Shown here one piece after another: positions 57,695 through 64,000 of a stretch of 64,000 nucleotides of DNA (position 1 is its first letter; every line of letters starts with the position of its first letter). Under the pieces are notes generated by a model, which was not told where the DNA came from, made no database searches, and worked only from the letters and a program-made list of their open reading frames with translations. The stretch covers positions 9,290 to 73,289 of the forward strand of contig CAYOBQ010000018.1 of assembly GCA_964402225.1 (NCBI GenBank). Direction: 5' to 3'. The position numbers were made by a program, and so were the translations under genes. Source of the DNA: an uncultured Nannocystaceae bacterium (lineage in GTDB: Bacteria > Myxococcota_A > Bradymonadia > UBA7976 > UBA1532).

Positions 57695-60600
57695 GTGCGC
57701 CTCGCCGCGTTCGAGCTCGAGACCCCTATCGCCAGCGGCGGCATGGGCGAGGTCTGGCGTGGGCGCCATCTCGACACCGGGGTGCCCGTCGCCATCAAGC
57801 TGCTGACCGAGCGGTTGGCGCGGGAGCCACGGCTCGTGCGGGCCTTTCGGGACGAGGTGCGGGCGATGGCCGCGCTGGACCACCCGGGCGTGGTGCTGGT
57901 CCACGACTACGGGCAGGTCCCGGAGGAGACGGCGGCCCGGTCTGAGGGTCAGTTCGTCGCGGGATCGCCCTACCTCGTGATGGAGTTCGTCGAGGGTGGC
58001 CCCAAGGCCCCGGGATCGTTGCGGAACTGGGCGGAGCTGTGCGCGGCGCTCACGGCGCTCACCGACGCGCTGGCCCACGCCCATGCCCGGGGGGTGGTCC
58101 ACCGGGACCTCAAGCCGGCCAACGTGCTCTGGAGCGCCACCGGCATCAAGCTGACTGACTTCGGGATCGCCCATGCGCTGCGCGGGGCCACCGAGCCCGG
58201 GGGCGAGGAGGGGCTCCTGGGGACGCCGGCCTACATGGCGCCGGAGCAATGCTGGGGGGACTGGCGGGATCTTGGGCCATGGACCGATCTCTACGCCCTG
58301 GGCTGCCTCGCCTACTCCTTGGCGACGGGGGGCCCGCCCTTCGACGCCGAGTCCCCCTTCGACATCCTGGACCAGCACCTGCGCGCGGCGCCGCCGCCCT
58401 TCGAGCCACGGTTCTCCGTCCCCGCCGGCTTCGAGGTCTGGCTCGACAGGCTGCTGCGAAAGAAGCCCTACGAGCGCTTCCAGCGGGCGGCGGACGCGGC
58501 GTGGGCGCTACAGCGACTGAGCCACGTGGACGACGAGCCCTCCGAGCCGTCGGTCGCGACCACGCTCGAGCCCGACACGATCCTGGCGGACATCGAGATC
58601 GTGCCCCGCGGCACGGAGGGTCCGCCGCCGGTGGTCGAGGGGGGGGCCGGGGCGCTGCCCGAGTCGGCGCGTCCTCCGCCCCCCACCGACTGGCGGCTCG
58701 CGCGGGAGACGGCGAGCACGCTCAACCGGATGAGCCTCGGGCTCTACGGCCTACGGACGCTGCGGCTGGTCGGACGCGAGTCGGAGCGCGAGGCGCTGTG
58801 GCGCGCGCTGCGCACCGTGCACGCGGAGCGTAGCTGTCGGGTGGTGGTGTTGCGCGGCGCGACCGGCGTCGGCAAGTCGAAGCTCGCGGACTGGCTCTGC
58901 GAGCGGGCCCACGAGCTGGGCGCCGCGACTCCGCTGCGGGTGGCGCACGCCCGCGACGGGGCCGCCTCCGCCGGGCTCACGGCCACGCTTCGACGCCACT
59001 TCAGCGCCCATGGCCTCTCCCGTGCGGAGCTGCGGACGCGGCTGAGACGGGTGCTCGAGCGCGATCCGACGGCTGAGGTGGAGGAGCCGGAGGCGCTGGC
59101 GGGGTTCCTGGCCCCCGCCACGGAGGAGGAGGAGGCCGCCGGTGAGCCCGTCGTCCGCTTCTCGAACCCCGCCGAGTGGCACCTGTTGGTCGCGCGGCAC
59201 CTGACGCGGCTGTCGCGGGAGCGGCCGGTGCTGCTGTGGCTGGACGACGCGGAGTGGGGTCTCGAGACGCTGCTCTTCGCGCGCCAGCTCGTGGAGTGGG
59301 ACAGCGCGCCGGTGCTGTTGGTCGTGAGCGCCGGGGAGGGCGCGCTGGCGGAGCGAGAGGCCGAGGCCCACGCGATCGACGCGCTCGCGCGCACCCGCGG
59401 CGCGTTGACCTTGGATTTGAAGGCCCTGCCCAGCCACGACCACGCGCGGCTCGTCCGCGCGCTGCTCGATATGGACGACGCCCTCGCGACGCGAGTCCAG
59501 CGACGCACCGCCGGCAACCCCCTCTACGCCGTGCAGCTCGTGCGAAGCTGGGTGCAAAACGGGCTGCTCGTGCCGGGGCCCAACGGGTTCTGCCTGGCGG
59601 AGGGCGCGACCATCGATCTGCCCACCGACCTGCACGAGGTCTGGTCTGCCCGGGTCATGCGGGTGCTCGCGGACCGGTCGGCGGACGACGAGTTGGCCGT
59701 CGAGCTGGCGGCGACGCTGGGGGTTGATGTCGACGACGACGAGTGGCTGGGCGCATGCGCCGCGGCGGGGGTCCGACCCTCGCCCTCGCTGCGTGACGAG
59801 CTCTTCCGCGCGCGCATCGTGCGACGGGGCTCCGGTGGCCGCTGGGTCTTCGGCCACGCGATGTTGCGGGAGAGCCTCGAACGACGCGCCCGCGACGGAG
59901 GACGGCTCGCGGCCCATCATCAGGCCTGCGCGCGCATGCTGGCGCGGCGCGGTGGCGTCCCGGAGCGACGGGGGCACCACCTCCTCGCCGCCGGTGCGGT
60001 CGACGCCGCGTTGACCGCCTTCGCGGAGGGGGCGAGGCGCCACCTCGCGCGCGGCGAGTTCGCGATGGCCGAGCAGATTCTGGGCGAATGGCGGGACGCC
60101 CAGGCGAAGCTCGGCCCGAACCGGCAGATGGGGATGGGGGTGCTGCTCGAGGCGTGGCTCGCCAACGAGCGCGGGGAGCTCGACGTCGCGCGGATGCTCG
60201 CCGAGGACGCTGTACGGCACGCGCGAGCGGAGTCGCGGCCGGAGGTGGAGGGGCGCGGCCTGATGCGCCTGGGCCGGATCGACTTCGAGGCCGGCCGGAT
60301 GGACCCCGCCCGGGACGCCCTCGCCCAGGCCCGATGCGTCCTGGCACCGCTGGAGCGCCCGGACCTGATGGGCGAGTGCCTGCGCCGGACTGGGCACGTG
60401 CTCACCGCCATCGGGGAGCACCTGCGCGCCGACGAGGTCTACCAGGCGGCGGTCCGAGCCTACGAGGCCGCGGGGAACGCCGACGCCGCGGCCTACGTCC
60501 TGCTGGACCGGGCGATGCTCGCCAAGCAGATGGGGCGGCTGGAGCACGCGGCGGGCCTCATCCGCGCGGCGCGTCGCGGTCTCGAGGGCGCCTCACGCCT

Positions 60601-61129
60601 CGAGACCGCGAACCTGGTCCACGACCTGGGCGAGGTCGAGCGGCTGCGCGGGCGCCTCGATGAGGCCGTGCGCTGCTACCGCGAGGCTCTCGTCGTGTAC
60701 GACGAGGTGGGATCGATGTACGGCAGCTACGTGCGGATGAACCTCGGGCTCACCCTCCAGGCGCGGGGGCAGTACGCCGCCGCCGCCGACTTGATCTGCG
60801 AGGCGCTCCCGGAGGTCGAGCGCCAGGGTCGGCGGGTCCTGGTGGCCGCCGCCCACGTCTTCCTCTTGCCGTGCTACGCCGCCGCCGGTGACTGGGCGGC
60901 CTGGGACCGCCACGCCGAGATCGGCTTCGACACCCTGGATGAGGTGGGGGTCTTCGAGGTCGACTTCGCCCGCACCGCACAGCTCGGAGCCGAGCTCGCC
61001 ACCGCGGCGGGCCAGCCCGAGCGCGCCCGCCGCGCGTGGCAAGCAGCCCTCGCGCAATGGCAGGGCCTGCACCGAGACGAGCGCGCCGCCGTCGCCGCCG
61101 CCGGCCTGCGCGGCTGCGCGCCTTCCTGA
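57695..61129 (+). CDS. Ser/Thr protein kinase fused to an AAA/STAND ATPase and TPR-like C-terminal repeats (1144 aa).
   Basis: The kinase blocks are GGMGEVWRG, VAIK, HRDLKPANVL, DFGIA and APE. Walker A is VVVLRGATGVGKSKLA and Walker B is VLLWLDDAEW. A helical-repeat tail follows. It starts 27 nt after the previous gene. Confidence 0.9.
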   Translation: MRLAAFELETPIASGGMGEVWRGRHLDTGVPVAIKLLTERLAREPRLVRAFRDEVRAMAALDHPGVVLVHDYGQVPEETAARSEGQFVAGSPYLVMEFVEGGPKAPGSLRNWAELCAALTALTDALAHAHARGVVHRDLKPANVLWSATGIKLTDFGIAHALRGATEPGGEEGLLGTPAYMAPEQCWGDWRDLGPWTDLYALGCLAYSLATGGPPFDAESPFDILDQHLRAAPPPFEPRFSVPAGFEVWLDRLLRKKPYERFQRAADAAWALQRLSHVDDEPSEPSVATTLEPDTILADIEIVPRGTEGPPPVVEGGAGALPESARPPPPTDWRLARETASTLNRMSLGLYGLRTLRLVGRESEREALWRALRTVHAERSCRVVVLRGATGVGKSKLADWLCERAHELGAATPLRVAHARDGAASAGLTATLRRHFSAHGLSRAELRTRLRRVLERDPTAEVEEPEALAGFLAPATEEEEAAGEPVVRFSNPAEWHLLVARHLTRLSRERPVLLWLDDAEWGLETLLFARQLVEWDSAPVLLVVSAGEGALAEREAEAHAIDALARTRGALTLDLKALPSHDHARLVRALLDMDDALATRVQRRTAGNPLYAVQLVRSWVQNGLLVPGPNGFCLAEGATIDLPTDLHEVWSARVMRVLADRSADDELAVELAATLGVDVDDDEWLGACAAAGVRPSPSLRDELFRARIVRRGSGGRWVFGHAMLRESLERRARDGGRLAAHHQACARMLARRGGVPERRGHHLLAAGAVDAALTAFAEGARRHLARGEFAMAEQILGEWRDAQAKLGPNRQMGMGVLLEAWLANERGELDVARMLAEDAVRHARAESRPEVEGRGLMRLGRIDFEAGRMDPARDALAQARCVLAPLERPDLMGECLRRTGHVLTAIGEHLRADEVYQAAVRAYEAAGNADAAAYVLLDRAMLAKQMGRLEHAAGLIRAARRGLEGASRLETANLVHDLGEVERLRGRLDEAVRCYREALVVYDEVGSMYGSYVRMNLGLTLQARGQYAAAADLICEALPEVERQGRRVLVAAAHVFLLPCYAAAGDWAAWDRHAEIGFDTLDEVGVFEVDFARTAQLGAELATAAGQPERARRAWQAALAQWQGLHRDERAAVAAAGLRGCAPS

Positions 61130-61184
61130 CGGAGCCCGCTCCAAGGGGTCCGGAGCCGGATCTCGACCTCCCTTGCGCTTTCAG

Positions 61185-61220
61185 TTGACAGTTTTTGTCG
61201 AAAATGAGAAAAACTGTTCA
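61185..61220 (+). promoter_or_regulatory. AT-rich (~30% GC) palindromic element with a TTGACA -35-like hexamer, 18-53 nt upstream of the 61238 start. Candidate promoter plus operator.
   Basis: The sequence is TTGACAGTTTTTgtcgaaaatgagAAAAACTGTTCA. There is a perfect 8-bp inverted repeat (CAGTTTTT / AAAAACTG) with a 12-nt spacer. It is embedded in ~70% GC DNA. AAGGAGG lies 8 nt before the ATG. Confidence 0.45.
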
Positions 61221-61237
61221 CCAGAAGGAGGCACTCG

Positions 61238-62107
61238 ATGCGGTATCTGACTCTCATCTCGGTCCTGGCGCTCAGCGGCTGCGTCGTCGACGAAAGCGCG
61301 CGGGGCCCGTCGTGCGCGGGCGAATCCGTTGTGCAGTCCGGCCTCGAGTTCTGCGTCATCATCGAGAAGGGCTTCTTGATGGCGGTGTGCCCCCCGGAGG
61401 CCCCCGAGCGACACGAGTTCGACGACGCGCTCGTCTGCGCGCCGGCGGAGGCGGACGCCGAGGACGCCGCCGTGGCGCGGGCTGAGGCGGTCGCGCCCGA
61501 GGGCCGGCCGGACGGGGCGCCGCCGATCAGTCCCGACGCCTGGCCGCCACCCTTCAATGGCTTGACCCGACACGACGCTTGCAGCTCCCCATTCCCCGAG
61601 GGCCCGCCGCCGTTGCCGATGACCAGAATGGTGGACGGTCGGCCCCGCTTCGACGAGTGGCGGGACCTGGACTGCGATGCGCTACGCCCGGACGAGCGCG
61701 GGCTCGGAGCGCCGTGTGGAGGTCCTGACGATGCCGAGTGCGAGCATATCTGCCTTCGGGGTCGCCCTGGGGGGCGCGGCGTGTGTACCTATGGAGACAT
61801 CGACATCTGGTGCGATGGAGAGGGCGAGGTGGTGAGCTACTGGGACGGTGATTGTTGGATGTGCATGCCTTCGGCTCACCACGCGATGGCGTGTTGTCTC
61901 GAGCTCGAGGGCTTCGACTGTCGTGCCTGGCCCTTCCCCTCGGATGGCCGCCCAGGGACACCGTGCGCGATTCACGAGGACTGCGAGCCCGGGCTCGTGT
62001 GTGGCGCCCACCGTGGTTCGGGCTACGGGATCTGCCAGTGCCCCGAGCTCGACGATCCGGACCTCGCTCCCGCCGCCGAAGGCCAGTGCCTTGATGCCCC
62101 CGGCTGA
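61238..62107 (+). CDS. Cys-rich lipoprotein (289 aa).
   Basis: The N-terminus MRYLTLISVLALSGC|VVDE is a lipobox. There is a strong SD. The mature part has many Cys, Asp and Gly residues. Confidence 0.65.
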   Translation: MRYLTLISVLALSGCVVDESARGPSCAGESVVQSGLEFCVIIEKGFLMAVCPPEAPERHEFDDALVCAPAEADAEDAAVARAEAVAPEGRPDGAPPISPDAWPPPFNGLTRHDACSSPFPEGPPPLPMTRMVDGRPRFDEWRDLDCDALRPDERGLGAPCGGPDDAECEHICLRGRPGGRGVCTYGDIDIWCDGEGEVVSYWDGDCWMCMPSAHHAMACCLELEGFDCRAWPFPSDGRPGTPCAIHEDCEPGLVCGAHRGSGYGICQCPELDDPDLAPAAEGQCLDAPG

Positions 62108-62846
62108 TCGCGAGCTCGTCGACCGGGTGGTCTTCTCGCTGCTGCTCCCGGCGGCGCGGATCGCCCAGCGGTACGGGCTGCCGCTGCGCGCCCTCACCGA
62201 GTCCTCGAAGCTCGCGGGCTTCCACCAGGCGCGGGGCCAGGGGCTCAAGCTGCGGGAGATCGTGGACCGGCTCGGCGTGAGCATGAGCGCGGCGGCGCGG
62301 CTGTCGAAGCGGCTGAAGCACAACTTCCTGCGGCCCGAGATCGAGCATGAGCTGCCGTGCCGAATCGAGTTCGCGCTATGGCCGGGGCCGCTGGGGGAGG
62401 CGCGCCTTGCTCAAGCGCTCCCCGATGTCGAGCCGGCGCTCATCGTCGAGACGCTCGAGGGGCTCGCCGAGGAGGGCAGCGTCGAGCGCGTAGGGGGACG
62501 CACCGTGACCTGGCGCTTGCTGCGCGCCGTCGACCGCCGCGTCGCCCCGGACCTCTACGCGCGCATCGATGGGCTCAATTCGCTGTGTGGGGTCCTGGCC
62601 GACGCGGTCTATGCCCGCTTCTTCCGTGACGAGCCCACGGCGTTTGCGCGCAGCCTGATGCTGCGGATCCGCCGGGAGGACGTCGAGACGCTCGAGCGCT
62701 TCTACGAGGACGAGCTCTGGCCGTTGCTCGCCCGGCTCGACGAGGCCGCCGAGGCTCACGACGACACCATCGAGCTGGGCTTTGGCCTCATGTGGGCGCC
62801 CCACGAGAGGCTCCGCCGCGACACGCCCCCGGCCGACCCGGAGTAG
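62094..62846 (+). CDS. Putative HTH-containing regulator, ~250 aa.
   Basis: The start is MPPADRELVDRV.... KLREIVDRLGVSMSAAARLSKRL looks like a helix-turn-helix. The ORF-track start at 61848 is an extension that overlaps the previous gene. Confidence 0.5.
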   Translation: MPPADRELVDRVVFSLLLPAARIAQRYGLPLRALTESSKLAGFHQARGQGLKLREIVDRLGVSMSAAARLSKRLKHNFLRPEIEHELPCRIEFALWPGPLGEARLAQALPDVEPALIVETLEGLAEEGSVERVGGRTVTWRLLRAVDRRVAPDLYARIDGLNSLCGVLADAVYARFFRDEPTAFARSLMLRIRREDVETLERFYEDELWPLLARLDEAAEAHDDTIELGFGLMWAPHERLRRDTPPADPE

Positions 62847-62923
62847 GCGGCTCGAGGACACCGCGGAGCGCCCCAGCAGCGCGAGCAGAGTCGCGGCCCG
62901 ACCTGTCGGCCCACCCGAACCCG

Positions 62924-63913
62924 TCAGGGAGACGGGTACATCGCGTCGACGCGGTCGCGCAGGAGCTCTTGCCAGTCGGTCGGGTTCGTCGAGCGGGTGA
63001 GCGTGATCGGGCTCGCCAGATCGATGGTGCTCGTCGCCGCGAGGTCGCCGAAACGAGTGGCCTCGTAGTGCCCGGCGGTGTCGGCTCGGATCTCGATCGT
63101 CCCCGTCGCGCTGGTCAGCGCGACCACCGCGTTGCTCGGGCCGTCTTGTTCGTACTTCGCGAAGGTCGCGGCGCCGACGAGATCGGGCAGGTGGTGCTGC
63201 GCCGTTGGATCCGAAGAGACGAGGACGTAGCGCGCCGAGAGGCGGTTGAGCCGCTCCCACTGCGTGCCGTTGCCGCTGCCGTGGTGCGCGGTCTTGAGCA
63301 CCCTGCAGGGGGTGTTGAGCATGCCCTCGGCGTCGTAGGCAGCCCAGTTCTCCATCTGCGCGTCGGCGGCGAAGACCATCGAGAAGCTGCCCCACGTCAG
63401 GCGCGAGATGATCGAGAGGTGGTTGATGTCGAGCATGCTCGCGTCCTCGAGGTCGCTCGTCAGCCGGTTGGGGGGCCCCAGCAGCTCGAGGTAGAGCGCG
63501 CTCGGATCGATCGCACCGGCGGCGACCGCGCCCTCCGGGTAGATGCGCTGGTAGCCGGCGACGAAGCGCACCGGGATGTCCTGAGCCTCGATGGTGTTCA
63601 CCAGCGTGGCGTAGCTGGGGGAGACCAGCGAGTGCGCGTTCCAGAACGGGGCCAGGGTGACGGAGTCGACGGTGTAGTCCGCGAGCAGCGAGCCGGCGGC
63701 GCTGTAGTGGTCGTAGTGGGGGTGGGTGATGACGAGCTCTTCGATGTGACCGCCAGGCGGCAGGCCGAGGTCTTGGAGTAGCGGTCGCAGCTTGTTGGGC
63801 TTGACGGCGTCGATGACCATGATGGTGCCGCCGGGGGCCACCACCACGGCGGTGTCCGCTTGCCGCACGGCCAATACATAGATGTGTAGGTCTCCGTCGC
63901 CAGCGACGCTCAT
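62924..63913 (-). CDS. MBL-fold metallo-hydrolase.
   Basis: VITHPHYDHYSAAG is the HxHxDH zinc motif. A C-terminal His is present (TAHHGSGNG). Confidence 0.8.
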   Translation of the reverse strand: MSVAGDGDLHIYVLAVRQADTAVVVAPGGTIMVIDAVKPNKLRPLLQDLGLPPGGHIEELVITHPHYDHYSAAGSLLADYTVDSVTLAPFWNAHSLVSPSYATLVNTIEAQDIPVRFVAGYQRIYPEGAVAAGAIDPSALYLELLGPPNRLTSDLEDASMLDINHLSIISRLTWGSFSMVFAADAQMENWAAYDAEGMLNTPCRVLKTAHHGSGNGTQWERLNRLSARYVLVSSDPTAQHHLPDLVGAATFAKYEQDGPSNAVVALTSATGTIEIRADTAGHYEATRFGDLAATSTIDLASPITLTRSTNPTDWQELLRDRVDAMYPSP

Positions 63914-64000
63914 CGCCGCCTCCGCGCGGTCATCCGAGCGAACGCGGCCGCGGGGCGCTCACCGTCGCTCATCCGCACCCGGGCCCACGCACGCTCCGGC

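Noticed and set aside
1-64000. tRNA, rRNA, transposase or integrase genes.
   Set aside because: There are no T-arm-like GGTTCGAATCC-type sequences and no rRNA-like conserved blocks. No ORF has a transposase or integrase signature (DDE, Tyr-recombinase RHRY). The lower-GC pockets are short regulatory spacers, not RNA genes.

Overview
This 64 kb window is roughly 70% GC, gene-dense, and looks like Myxococcota chromosome. That call rests on a MYXO-CTERM-type tripartite C-terminal sorting signal seen at four protein C-termini, several families of cysteine-rich 'CxxxDDDCDGxxDE' (MopE-like) repeat proteins, a DUF4388/TPR/HEAT gene set, a Ser/Thr-kinase–STAND fusion, and many lipoproteins. No rRNA, tRNA, CRISPR array, transposase or integrase was found.

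**Core and housekeeping.** gpmI (2,3-bisphosphoglycerate-independent phosphoglycerate mutase), a metallophosphoesterase, a multicopper oxidase, a family-2 glycosyltransferase, and a minus-strand catabolic operon (MFS transporter, crotonase, CoA-transferase A and B, nitronate-monooxygenase-like flavoenzyme) joined by overlapping stop/start codons.

**Secreted and surface proteins.** There is a large complement of secreted proteases and calcium-binding repeat proteins:
- an HExxH protease carrying a vWA domain;
- an S8 subtilase;
- an M10 matrixin-like protease;
- an operon of three repeat lipoproteins (about 35 thrombospondin type-3 repeats; MopE repeats; five PPC domains);
- two further large Cys-rich MYXO-CTERM proteins.

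**Most notable loci.**
1. A lower-GC, minus-strand, translationally coupled module at 36.4–42.0 kb: an 1107-aa protein of unknown function, a KAP-family P-loop NTPase, and a 69-aa protein. It is a candidate uncharacterised conflict or defence system.
2. A gene (56.2–57.7 kb) fusing a domain I recall as pyrophosphorylase-like from phage thymidine hypermodification to a NadR-like P-loop kinase, directly upstream of a Ser/Thr-kinase–AAA–TPR STAND protein.
3. Three in-frame TGA codons that fall exactly on conserved cysteine positions of one tandem MopE repeat.
4. An aquaporin-Z gene reduced to a relic by an internal deletion.
5. Two MYXO-CTERM proteins whose reading frames lack a stop after the sorting signal.
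6. Several genes that need frameshifts to read through. This suggests either indel errors in the assembly or genuine pseudogenes.

In this GC-rich DNA most long ORFs in the supplied track are antisense artefacts, recognisable by their Arg/Pro/Gly-rich translations.

Coordinates were read from the numbered sequence. A few inferred start positions could be off by a codon or two.
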